A stretch of 64,000 bases of DNA from Proteromonas lacertae. Its lineage: Eukaryota. Position 1 is the stretch's first letter, and every line of letters begins with the position of its first letter. The notes beneath the pieces are model-generated. The model was not told the origin of the DNA. It worked only from the letters and a program-made list of their open reading frames with translations, and did not search any database. Where the stretch lies: the NCBI GenBank assembly GCA_002245135.1, contig NGBS01000879.1:62001-126000 (forward strand). The letters run 5' to 3'. The position numbers were made by a program, and so were the translations under genes. This document shows positions 27,157 to 40,170 of this stretch, one piece after another.

Positions 27157-28425
27157 ATGCCAAAGTTGTTAAGAAAGTATAACAAATTAGAAAATGTAGT
27201 GCAAACTAGTGGATCTAGTTTTTGTATTTGTGTTGAACTGAATTTTCAGATTAACATAATTATGCTTAATGAAATAATTGAAAATATATCATATGAAGAA
27301 GATCACTTTTGGATAAGATGTTGTTCAAATGAAGAACCTCCATACCAGTATTATATATCAAATACAGTAAATCCAGCTGTATTAATATCAAAAGAAATAG
27401 AAAATATGGAATGCTTCATAAACTACTTAACAAAAATAAAACTATCAAAAGGAAAATTAAGTCAATTCTATTTATATAAGAATTACATTGGAGTGTTAGT
27501 GTTACACTCTCTTTTAGATGGAATACACTTAATGAATACTCTCAATATAATATGTAATAGAGTAACTTTACCAATAAACGCAATTATACAAGCCAAATAA
27601 TAGAAATATTAAATATAAAATAATTGATATTTCAAATTATTTGCCAGTTTTTCCTTCAAAACCATTATATCCAATAGCATTATTTCCATATGAAATTAGT
27701 TATAATAATAATAATAATAATAATAGTTTGGAATCAATGGTTACTTTTATATATTCTTTATCATCGATTGAATATGATAGATTAAGTATGTATATTGATT
27801 ATATAAAAACACTAACTTTTGAAAAAGTATAAGATTAAAACAGGTCCTGCTTCTGTGTTACTTACTTTATTCTCTGAAGCTATTAATTTAACTTATTATA
27901 AAAGTGCTATAACTATTCCAATTGAATGTGCTATTGATTTAAAACCTTATCTTAATAAAACCAACAATTCATCATTTCAATCTTATTTTTCATCTTATAG
28001 TGTATTTCCTATTAACATTTCATTGGAAAGTTCTACAACAGATAATTGTGTTTCTAATTCTCGATTGTTGTATCATATTAAAAACAGTTATACTCCATTT
28101 TCTTATATTAATACATTGAAAGAATAGTAGATATAATTCTGTTATGAATATTTATGATGCAAATATTGAAGAAGATAATGAGTATATTAAACCATTACTC
28201 TCATTTTCATCTTTTGGTAATTTTAATTTATCAGAAAATATTAAATCTGGTCCTTTTATTGGTCAAATTCAAAATGTTTATTCAAATATGATGATACTGT
28301 CATCAATTCATGATGTTAAACATAAAATATGGAATTTTTCGTTCTATATTAATAGAAACATAGATAAATATAATCACATATTTAGTAATTTTATTAGATT
28401 AATACAGAATTTGAGAATTGATTAG
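27157..28425 (+). CDS. CoA-dependent acyltransferase/condensation-fold protein (extra bases near 27592, 27820, 28122)
   Basis: HSLLDG (HxxxDG) motif, IPIECAIDLKPYL and SFSSFG segments typical of AATase/PapA5-like proteins; apparently intronless. Confidence 0.55.
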
Positions 28426-28501
28426 ATTATACCTCTCAAAATATAAACACAATATAGAATTTAAATTAATTAATTAAATAAACTACTTTTATATTCTCTC
28501 T

Positions 28502-29040
28502 TTATTTATTTGTATTTCTTGCCAATCTAATAACAACAAATATACTATAGAAAAATTCGATCAAAGTGAGTATTAAACAAGTTATATTCATAATTTGATC
28601 TATTCTCGTCCTATACAATATCAACAATAAATAATTTATACACGTATGTTTGACACCATGCATTGAATATATTAAAACTAAAATCCATTATAGATAACAA
28701 CACACCCCAAGCAAGAGGAAGGATTGACTCACATGTATTTCCAATAGATGCTATATCATTATTAAATCAGTATAAAATATATACAGACGAATATTCTTGT
28801 TATTTCACAAAATCCATAAATGAAAAGCTGTATCATCTCTAAAACATATCTTGCTGTTGGATATGGGAAGTTTACACCTAAATATGTAATAATAGTAAGT
28901 ATACCTTTGTATACTAAGACAGAAAAGGTAGATACCCACAGAAACACAAAAAATATTTTGTGAAAGAATAAAAGCATTTCTAATTGAGCAGATGACAATA
29001 CTTTTGGGTATTCATCACTTCCATAACTGTTATATTCCAT
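28502..29040 (-). CDS. TMEM216/TMEM17-family 4-TM protein (spliced)
   Basis: VLSSAQLEMLLFF..YKG..FPYP..E..RIF..SIGNTCE..PL..QTYV..ID pattern. Confidence 0.8.
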
Positions 29041-29200
29041 TTTTAAAGTTTGAAATGAATCAAATCTTTCAAGCTTTTATTGAATTTCTTTTTTGATTTC
29101 TTCAAGAAGTATAGATTATAATCTCAACATTTTGACATTAATATAATAAATATGTATATATATGTTTATTATTAGAATATATAGAAATAATATACAAGAA

Positions 29201-29362
29201 ATGAACAACATCGGTTCTTCAACCCTATCAAACGCTTATCGTCAATCATTAAATTCAAATTTCGAAACTAATTATGATGATAAAGCTTGTATATGGCTAG
29301 GTGTTTGTTGTTCTATAATTGCTGTTTCTTTAGCAGTTATTGAATTATTAGCTATGAATTGA
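29201..29362 (+). CDS. Small single-TM hypothetical protein
   Basis: 53-codon ORF with a higher-GC hydrophobic tail, lying between the TMEM paralogs. Confidence 0.4.
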   Translation: MNNIGSSTLSNAYRQSLNSNFETNYDDKACIWLGVCCSIIAVSLAVIELLAMN

Positions 29363-29471
29363 TCAATATAATTTCTGATAATGATAATTTAATTTAGTAT
29401 TTATTTCATGTTGTTATTGATTATTTGATTATTAAAAATTAAACAAATAAAAGCATGAAATATAAATAAAA

Positions 29472-30021
29472 TTAAAATCTACTATTTCTTATAAACACTA
29501 TCATTGAAATTACGGATAACAGCACTTCAACACAAGTAAATATTAAAGTAATTAAACTTAGTACATATTCAGTTTTTGTTCTATTTCACATTATATAAAT
29601 TAACAATAATAATACACATAAGTTTGTAAAAATGCATAAAAACAACTTAAAAAAATTGAAGGCATTGCTAATCCTATTCCCCAAGCTAAAGGAACTACTT
29701 TTTCACAAATATTTCCTTTAGAAGCTACAAATAATTACGAATATTATAATATACTGATATAAAATCTAACCCATTCGATAATTCCGAATAGAATGAATAT
29801 TATTACTTCAAATGTGTATCTATCATTCGGATATGGGAACATTATTCCTATACATATTAAACTAATTGTATACCTTTATAAGCCATGAATACGATCATAA
29901 TAATCCACATAATAACATAAAAAATCTCATGAATAAATAGAAAAAGTTCTAGAGGCACTGATGAGAGTATTTTATGAGTTTCATCAAACCTCAACACAAG
30001 AGAATTTGGATTACTATCCAT
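29472..30021 (-). CDS. TMEM216/TMEM17-family 4-TM protein, paralog (spliced)
   Basis: ILSSVPLELFLF..YKG.MFPYP..E..RFY..SKGNICE..PL..LQTYV..E; same three intron positions as 28502-29040. Confidence 0.8.
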
Positions 30022-30058
30022 AAATTTGAAATAATGATCAAGCCTTATATCAAACAAT

Positions 30059-31323
30059 ATGAATCTAACTAGAGTTATCGTGACAGCGCTATGCTTTGTA
30101 TTTCCATTATGCTTGGCTACGGTCTGGTCACTCTCATGGGTAGTTGCTAGCCTTTTCGTCCCTTGGAGATACATAGTTCTTTATATTAGTTATTTAAAAG
30201 TAATATATTCAAGTTTTAATTAATAGAGACTATTTTTACGTTTGTTTTGTAACGCTATATGGGATGTAGATATAGTTTTGTCTGGCGATATTGAGAAAAT
30301 GAAAAAAGTAAAGAATAAATTCAATTTGTTGATTTGCAATCATCAAGTTGACTCTGATTGGTTGTATCTAATGCAGTTTGCAGAATTACATGGATTAGGT
30401 AGTGATTTGTGTATAATGTTGAAGAAATCAATTCAGTATTACATTATTTTATCAATACAAAATATATAGAGAAACTCCATTTGTAGGATATTTATGTGAA
30501 TGTGGAAGATTCATGTTCATGGAAAGAAAATTCGGTAAAGATGGTCCAAAAATGGAAAAATACTTTGATGAACTAAAGCAATACAAATACCCAACAACAT
30601 TAGTGTTTTTCCCAGAAGGAACAACCATAGATGTTGAAACTCGAAAAGTTTCACAAAAATTTTCAAAAGAAACAAATAGACAAGTTTTCAATGTATATAT
30701 ATAATAATATTTATAATGTTTTATATTTATGTAGAATGTATTATTACCTCGTTCCACAGGTTTCACTGCATGTTGTGATGGTTATGCTAAAGCAGGAATG
30801 GAAGATTCCTATATAATCAACTTAACATCAGCTTATGATACTTATACTGGAAGATTACCAGAAGAAGGTTATGAAAGAGAAGATCAGGGAGTTCCAAGTA
30901 TAATAAGAGCATTAATGGGAAGACCTTGTCGTGTACATTATTATATGCAAGTATATGAGTTAAAGGAGATATACCCTGAGAATTATATTGATATGACATT
31001 TGAAGAAAGAAGAGACTATTTACAGAGATGGTTGGATGAAAGATGGAATGATAAAGAAGAATATTTGAAGTATTTTGCTGAAAATCAAGAGTTTCCTAGT
31101 GAGAAGAATAAAGAGAATGTTGTATGTTATTATTATTATTATTGTATAGGTTGAAACAAGATATAAATATATTCCAAAATGGGATGATATTTTATTCATG
31201 ATTATACCAATATTATTTAATTATTTAGTTATATCAATGATGACAAGGACAATGTTATATATTGTATTAGTTGTTTTGATTTTATTCGTTATGGCATTAG
31301 TCTATTATTCAACTCATCAATAA
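30059..31323 (+). CDS. Lysophospholipid acyltransferase (AGPAT/LCLAT-like, spliced)
   Basis: CNHQVDSDW (NHxxxxD), FMERK, FFPEGT and VLLPRSTGF motifs. Confidence 0.9.
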
Positions 31324-31556
31324 GAAATTGTTGAATAATTATTGTTTATAATACTGTTTTGTTTTGGGGATTGAAAACAATAAGAAATGAAATAGTTTAA
31401 ATATACATCAATATATGCTATTGTTATTCTTTAAATGCTTGAATATTCTTCTTTACCAAAAATAATTTTAATATACTATAAAATGTAACTTTTCGAGTTA
31501 AAGATAATAACCAATTCGACAGATAATACAAGAAATAAAAAAATATATAATTTAAT

Positions 31557-33627
31557 CTAAATAGTTCGTGGTAAAGATGCTAAATCATTTCTTCCTGATC
31601 TAGATGGACTAATTGGTAAAACTATTTCTTCATGTACACAATATGATTTGAAACGATATATTAATTCAGATATTGTTTTAAATATAGCTTGACTTTCATC
31701 ATTTATTGGTTCAATTTCTTTCAAAGATGTTTCAATTAAATTTGATATTGTTGAATTGGGTATTCCATCTCTTTCTACAGCTGTTTTCATTCCTAATAAT
31801 AATGTTATACAGTTCAATATTAATCTGTAAATTTGAGGATTTTCTGGTTCTCGAGGTTTTATAAATATTTCATCTAATTCAGATTCAGATGGTAAAATTT
31901 TGGTAATTTCATCATTCATATATTCATTATGTAATTCTTTTACCATATTTTTTATTACTAATTTTGAACTATTTTGACATGTAAATAGTAAATCATTTAC
32001 GACACAATTTGAACTTAATTGAGAACTCTAAGTAATATATAATATATATATATATATATATACATCAGCAAATGATATTACATCATTCATAACAGATTGT
32101 AATATTATATTCGTTTCATTTAGATTAAATAATAACCAATTATAAATTACGATTGTAGATGAATTCTTTTGTATTAACTGATTTGCAAATTCATTATTCA
32201 TTTTACATATTTGACGGATTATAGCTTCTTTACGATCTAATAATATTGTCGCTTTTGATAGAGTCTGGTATAACGATGGATATTTGGCAACTTCAGCATC
32301 ATAATTTGTAGAATTTGTATTTGGAAATGTCTATATAAATATATAAATAATAATAATATTTAATATATATATACAATTATATCAGTAATATTACATAAAT
32401 GAACTCCATATTTCGCATTATCAAATTGTATTTGATAATTTCCATTATATGTATCACTTGTTAACACTGTGCCATTACATATAGTCTTATATATTGGATG
32501 TATAGCAGTAACATATTGACCTACTAATATTGGTTGAGGAACTATTGATGGATATACACTCTCATCAGCATACATTGGTGGCTAATACATAATATATATA
32601 TATATATATATATATATACTCTTTTCATCATTAATGCACAACAATTTTGACGATATTGTTCTAACCTTGTCCTTTCTTGATCAAAGAATTTTTTACTCAT
32701 TCTTCGAGGTACTCCCATATAGGAACGTAATAATGACCATTCTCTTCTTGTTAAGTGAGTAATATCTTGTAATCCCTTTGTTCGAAGATAACTTTTAAAT
32801 TCATTTCTTCGGAAATAATCTCGATCAATTGTTGAATAGTACCATTCATAGAAACACCAAAATCTCATCTTCATTGATAAACAATTGCATAATTGATTAG
32901 TATATTGAGCTATTGATGGATTATATAGGTTAGTTGAAGATGATTGATTAGTATTTGATGGAGGAGGTGAATTCATTGGCTGTGGTGATCCAATTATTGT
33001 TCCTGTTATTAATGGTGATGATATAGGTACAGATGGAGACATGTATGCTAATTTGGTGGAATATCCTTTATAAGGAGAGGTTGGAGGTTGATTATGACGG
33101 TCATATAATGGTGACTATATTTATATATTATAATTACATATTATACTGGTTTTCTTTTTCTTTTACTTATTGGATTTGGTGGTGTAGATGTATAGGATGT
33201 AGATTCAATGATTTGACGTAATGGACTTGGTTTAACTTTCTTTGGTGTCTAGTAAATCAGAGAAATAATCAACAATATCATACTCTTCTGCTAGATTGAG
33301 GTGTACGTCGTTTTGATGATTGTAAAAGCACTTGTCTTTCCAATTCTGATGCATTGTCATATCTGTCTTTCATTACTAGTATTAGACCCTCAGCTGTAGC
33401 ATCTTTTAAAGATAAATAGCTTTTATTCATTGTGTATAATGCCTGTACCATTGAAGAATCTCTACCTTTTATCTTTGATGCAATTAAATTCCATTGCATT
33501 GGGAATTTTTGAAACTCTAGAAAAGTTAGATAAAATGAGTATCTATACCTTGAAAGAATAATTTAATTTCCTCTGCTGACCATTGTGGTTCTCTTGACAG
33601 AGTCATATTCCTCCCTTTGCCAGACAT
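31557..33627 (-). CDS. LIN9: LIN-9/ALWAYS EARLY (DREAM/MuvB subunit): SANT + DIRP + Tudor-like (spliced)
   Basis: PQWSAEEIKLFF..W..MVQALYTMNKSYLSL; WCFYEWYYSTIDRDYF..LTRREWSLLRSYMGVPRRMSKKFFDQER. Confidence 0.9.
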
Positions 33628-33715
33628 TCGTTAAGAAAATAATAAATTTAAAAATTTAAAAGATGAAATACACCCAATACACCCTGTATTTAAGTGTATT
33701 TTCTATTTTTTAAAA

Positions 33716-34610
33716 ATGGATTTAAACTCGATAGTATTACTGATCTTCGCTATATTCAATAGCAACCTCTTCCAAATGAATTAAATATATTTCAAAACTA
33801 CCTATTGCTTTTATCAACCACACCAAATGATGTAATTTTTACACAGTCTATTTTACATTTCTTATATGGTTTAATAAATAACAAATTCCCAGTATAATAT
33901 AGTTTGGTTTAATATTAGAATCATCCATATTTACAATCTTTACTTCCTTTAATTAAGGAAGATTTCAACCCTCAATTTGTCAATCATTTACGTGAAAAAT
34001 ATGCAGAACTATACAGTCTTATGAATAATGATCCAACAAATGCCTACAATTATTCTATTCAAATCTTGTATATATATGAAATGTTACATGCTTTTGACAA
34101 AGATAGTGTTGTATATTATTATATAAATATATTAAATAGAATGATTTGAATGAATATACTACAGCAGCCTATAATATAGTAATAAGTAATTATCCTTCAT
34201 TTCAAATGAATTTAATATCAATACAATTACCATCACCATCAATAGTTGCAGGCAATAAAATGGAAATAGAAGAAGGAAATAAGTTACCAAGTGCAAATGA
34301 AGGTAATAAAATGCCTTATGAACAACAACAACAACAACAACAACCTATTAATCCAGTTGAAAATGTAATTCCAAACACTATTGAACCTCCACTACCATCT
34401 CAACAATATCAACAACCTAATCCTCCTGTTCAGAATATAATTCCAGATTCTGTTCAACCACCACCTGTTATTGCTTATCAATTTCAACAATCAATTAATC
34501 CTCCAATGCCTTCTAGTGAAGTAGAAAATGTTCCTGCTTATGTTGATAGTAATACAAAACAGATGAAAATATTGTTTAGACCAATTGAGGATTTTTCAGT
34601 ATTTGTTTAG
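33716..34610 (+). CDS. Hypothetical protein with Pro/Gln-rich C-terminal half (spliced; 5' frame uncertain)
   Basis: Coding-like segments separated by GT-AG introns; no recognised motif. Confidence 0.45.
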
Positions 34611-34679
34611 AAATATGTTTTTTTATCTTTTTTTTTATTTTTAATCAAAATAAAACAAATACAACTTTAATAACATCTT

Positions 34680-36858
34680 TTAATTCTTACTTGAAAAAGA
34701 TAATAATTCAAGTGAAGCGTAATTTCCTCCTAATGCAGCATATGTATATAATGGCGAAGGTAAATCTTTGACAAGTAAAACTGGGGATGAATTATTATGA
34801 CTTATCAAAAATTCTCTTTTATTCATATCAACAATCACTTCATAAATTGAACCATCTCCATGATTATTGAAATTTGGATTTCAATTAACAACTCTTCCAA
34901 TATGACAATATTGAAGTAATATCTATGACTTTTACCATAAATGCTAAAATAATTACATGTTGTTGGATTGATTATAAATATAATCTACCAGAATATGTAT
35001 TATCAGTTGATAATCCTAACATCATAACTATTATACATCACTTCCATTTTTGATGAAATTTATATTTGATATGATAAACTCCACATTTCCATTTTTAAAT
35101 TTAAATAACAATGATGATACAACCATAAATTGTATTTGTTATTACTTTTCCATTATTTGATATTGATATTCCTTCATTTTTACTATATTTTGTGAATTTA
35201 AAATCAATAAATTCTATTGATATTTTGATTTTTTTCTCACTCAATTTGCTTCTACAGGTTATTTCATATTCTCTTTTTTTATGTTCTTTTTCTACTTTTC
35301 CATAAATCATTCCACACTCTTTATCAATCACTATTCCATCAGGTAAAGATGGATTTATTGAAAATTCACATTTATTTCCATCAAATGAAGGAATTATTGA
35401 AATATCTTCGTTTATTAAAAATGAATACTGTGATTGAGGATATGAAAATGATGTGATTTCTTTTATAATAATCCTATCCACTATTTCATCATCATTAACT
35501 GTATCTGATAAATTATTCTCATCTTCTTCACTTAAACCACTTTCTTTAATAAAATTCATTACTAATTCTAAGGTTTCTTCATTTAAACAATAACTGTGAT
35601 TTAAAACTCTATAAAGAACTTTCTTTCCACACAGATTGTCTATTGTATCAATATTTCTTGTATTATCAACGAATAAACATAAACATTTAATAATTCGATT
35701 ATTTTCATTTAAATTTAACAGTCTTTTTAATATTCTACTTTTAGTATCTTTTTCAACTATTATAATTTATAATATTAATTTCATATTATACTTTCATAAT
35801 CTATATTACTATCAATTATCATCAATAAACCAATTTCATTCAATTTCACTTCATCTTTATTTAATAATATAGAAATTGTTTCTCGAATATTATTGTGGTT
35901 TAATATTTCTATTTCTTCCAATTCTATTGTTGTTTTATCTTCATCAACATAGTATTTATATATTATATCTTTAACTTTATCATTCTCAATCTCATTTATA
36001 TTTATTGATATATATCTATTTTTTTCTATTTCATTGTATAAATTCAGTTCTTTTATTTCTGATATTGTTTCGTTTGATATTTCATTTATGTTAATCTTTT
36101 CAAAGTAAATATATCTCCTTATAAATTTTACAAATTCTTCTTTTAATTCATTTAATTCTTCTTCATTATTATTATGTTGTTTTGTCTGATTATTCCATTT
36201 TATTAGTTGAGTTAATAACCAATTATCATTTTTGATTATTAAATTCTGGCAACTTAAAATACACTCTATATCTTCAAGTTTTAGTTTGTATAATAACTTT
36301 TCATTTTCTAGTAGTTTATATCCATTCTTTTGGATATATTCTTCACTCACTTTTTTTACATCATTCAAATTATTACTGTCCATTTCATTCAATACACCAA
36401 ATAAGTCTATCATTATTGATTCATTTATGTGTTTCTTCAGGTAACTCTTACACTTCTCCAACAGAAATAGATCATTATAACACATACTAGAAGGAAAGAA
36501 TTCTACATACATTATATTCATTCATATCCATTGTTCCACCACTATAGTACTTCTCAATCTCTAGAAATGACTCAAGATCACAGTCTTCATATAATTCTAA
36601 TATACCACTGAATTGTTCATCTTCTATTAATTTCTTAAATGTTTTGTTAGCATGTATTAATATAGATTTTACACATAACACTTCTTCTCCTCTTATTTTT
36701 ACTTTCAGATCACCAAACCCTTCATTTACTAAATCTCTTCCCAAACTATTTACAATAAATAAATAAATAAATAGAATGTGTTTTTAATACCCCTTCAATC
36801 CAATTTCAGCATTAATTAATTTCATCCCAATATTTTGTGAAAATATAGTCGTTTTCAT
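34680..36858 (-). CDS. BTB/BACK - putative Ig - SPRY-like paralog of 22619-24720 (several frame breaks, many in the 3' part)
   Basis: Near-identical N-terminus GRDLVNEGFGD..CVKSIL; same first intron; Ig unit; VIVDMNKREF..LPSPLY ending. Confidence 0.7.
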
Positions 36859-36906
36859 TTTAAAATTTAAACTTCCTTTGTCAGTTTCTTCCTCATTTAA
36901 CTGATA

Positions 36907-39158
36907 ATGTCATTAGAAAAAGTACCAGTATTAAAATCATGTTTTAATAAACATAGACTGAAACAGATTTACCTCTTCCTCCTTCTTCTGAGACAAATTC
37001 AAAGGAAACTAGCTTAAAGAATGATAGTGTTGATTGTTCTAGTATAAATTGCATTTATTAATTTTGGAAATCTAATTTTAACATACATAGATTGTGATAC
37101 TACACACAATAGTAAAGCTGTTGCATTTGAAATAACATTTAATGATGCAACTAATACAGATGCAGCAACTATATCAAAAAAGCCAACACATGCGTTTAAT
37201 AGAGCAAAATCAACTCCAATGTATAAACAAAAACACCTTAATAATCTAATTATGAATAGAGTAAAGCATAAAAATGATATAAAAGACAAAAATTTAATAG
37301 TTTCAGAAGAAGAAATAGCATATCGAAAAGAACATGATATAAAAATCAATCAAAAAATATTCTGTGTAACTGACAGTTTTCCAGATATTGTAAAATATTT
37401 AACTGAAAGAGGTTGGTACAGAGAAACTGATTTTGAATGTCCATATATTGATTTCAAATTTACATTAAAAAAGAATATATTTTATAAAACTTTAAAAGAA
37501 TATCAAATGGTATGTTTATTTAAAGATGATGGTATAATCTGTAAGAAAGAATTCTTAATAAATACATTATCAAATTCAATATGGAATTGTTCAGTTGATT
37601 ATAATGAGTATATATATAATTTATTATTTTGATATATATATATAGTTTTTTCCCTCGTTGTTTTATACTAACAACAACCTCTGGAAGAGATGATTTTAAA
37701 TATTATTTTAATATCATTAAATGTATACAATATTGTCAACAATTAATCCATTTAAATAATATAACTGATAATAAACAATATTATGATGTTAATGTATGGA
37801 AATCATTACAATATTTATTATCAATTCATTTCCAAACAATGGATGATGAGCTATTAGATTCACCAAATGGTTATACAAATGTTATACCTAAAGAGGTATA
37901 TATTTCTTTATCAAAACAATTATTCATTGATAAAGAAACAGTTAAAGAAATAGAAATAGAAAAAGGAGAAAATGAAAATATTAAAATTGTTGAAAACAAT
38001 ATGATTAATGAAGCTCAAAATTATATAAATCAATTTATTGAATCTAATCAATATCAATATTCATTAAACTCAGATATCACGAATAATATATGGATAGTTA
38101 AACCAGCAGGTAAATCAAGAGGAAGAGGAATATCAGTTAGTAATAATTATGAAGAAATTGATAAAAAGACAAAAGGTAAAGATGAATGGATTGTTCAGAA
38201 GTATATTGAGAAACCTTTGATTATATTAAAGCATAAATTCGATATCAGAGTATGGGATATTAGTTACTGATTGGAATCCATTGACTGCTTATATATATGA
38301 TAATTGCTATTTAAGATTCTGCTCAGGTGAATATGATGATAAACATTTGGATGATATTTTCATGCATTTGTCTAATAACTGTATTCAGAAAGATAAAGTG
38401 AAAGATTTTGGAGGTTCTGACTTTGAAGGATTGATGTGGCATATCTCTAAATTCAAAGAATATGTTGGAAAAGAAACAGTATGTTTTATGAGACATCAAA
38501 TTGTGATCTAATCAGTTAGCCCGTCTAGCTCAGTCGGTAGAGCGCTAGGCTCTTAACCTAGTGGTCGGGGGTTCGAGCCCCCCGGTGGGCGATATTTTTT
38601 CTATTTTTTTCTACATTTATCTAATCGCTGTATTTTATTATTTTTTCAATAGGGAGATGTAGATTACTATGACAAGAACATTTGGCCTCAAATAAGAGAG
38701 AATGCCAAAAGAACTTTGAAATCTTGTCAAGGTATTATAGACGAAAGAAAAATGACATTTGAAATGTTTGGATTTGATTTTATGGTTGATGAAAGGTATT
38801 ATATTTTACATTTTTATTACATGTTAGCTATCATGTTTGGTTAATTGAAGTAAATAGTAGTCCAGATGTTACTTACAGCACTCCAGTAACAGAAAAATTA
38901 GTAAAAGAAGCACTACCAACATTAATGAATATTGTACTCTACTCTCCTGATCAGAAAGTCAAAATCAATTCTTATCATCGTAAAATAGGGAAAGAAGAAA
39001 TACATGAAGAATCTCAAAAGACATTAACACCAGAAGATTACGGATATTGGTCTTCTCTAGTAAAAGATCCTTCTTTACCACCTCAATTCTTATCAGCAAC
39101 TGTGGATTTGATGCTTAAAGGAGATGAGATTAAAATAAATGAACCAGAATCGACATAA
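36907..39158 (+). CDS. TTLL3: Tubulin-tyrosine-ligase-like protein, TTLL3/8 (monoglycylase)-like (spliced; extra base at ~38257)
   Basis: FFPRCF, NIWIVKPAGKSRGRGI, WIVQKYIEKPL, KFDIRVWxLVTDWNPLT, YLRF, HLSNNCIQK, FEMFGFDFMVD, WLIEVNSSP. Confidence 0.8.
38519..38591 (+). tRNA. tRNA-Lys(CTT): tRNA-Lys (anticodon CTT), inside a TTLL intron
   Basis: GCCCGTCTAGCTCAGTCGGTAGAGCG CTAGG CT CTT AA CCTAG TGGTCGGGGGTTCGAGCCCCCCGGTGGGCG followed by a T6 terminator. Confidence 0.97.
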
Positions 39159-39222
39159 TCATAAAAAACTATATATAAGTTATCAATGTCATTAACATTT
39201 TTATTTTTTGAAAAATGAAATT

Positions 39223-40056
39223 TTACTCTGCGAATTTTTCTTTGGCAGTGTCACTAATAACACATACCATTTCTAAGTCTCTATAATGATTGTTATAATC
39301 AAGATTATATCCAATCTATTAAAAATATGGAAATTACAATAATTCATACCAAAAACTCATTAGGAACTGAAAATCCCACAAAATTTGGTCTTAAATTGTA
39401 TTCTGGTGATTTAGTTACTCTTTTATCAAACAGAACAGCCAACTATTAACAATATTAACAAAATCTATACAGCAACAGTTTTTGGTTCATATTTCTTTAA
39501 ATATGGAATGAATTTTGACATTGTTAATCCTGAATCAATCATATCTTCAACAATTAACACATTTTCTCCTCTTATTTTTTCAATTCCAAAACCTGTAATA
39601 TTAACTACAGAATGTTATTAAGTATGACTATAATACCTTCTCCTGTACTTGATGTACCAGAATAACTACTACATTTGCAACATGTGAATCTTACTTCTCC
39701 AAAAGGAAATTCAGAACATATCGTATAATCTATCATATACTTGTATAATGAGCTGAAAAAACGTTGAGCACCCTATGTAATTCAAAAATAATTATTTTCA
39801 TTCATACATTCAACATGCATAACAAATGAACTGGTTTTTCTTTGTAATAATTTCGTATATCGGCTGCAAGTTTTTGAACTCTATCTTCAATCATACCCCT
39901 AGGAATTAAAACTTTCTCTATATCATTTTTATAGATTTTTTGCACACAGAATTTATCTAATTCAAATCCTTGTTCATCTGGTATAAAGAGAGGAGCTTCA
40001 TAATGAGCAGATGGGTCAAAACCCTCTTCAGATGATTCAGATGAGGTGTTATTCAT
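39223..40056 (-). CDS. HPRT: Hypoxanthine-guanine phosphoribosyltransferase (spliced)
   Basis: [65 protein letters not shown]. Confidence 0.95.
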
Positions 40057-40170
40057 TTTTAGAAACGATTATATTTTTAAAAAAATACTTGGCTTGAGTT
40101 TTTTTTAATCTCACAAAAACACAATTTATACGATCAATCAACGTAAAAAACACTTAATATTATAAATGTC

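Noticed and set aside
33061..33069. Perfect U12 donor ATATCCTTT
   Set aside because: It lies on the + strand, antisense within a LIN9 exon; chance match
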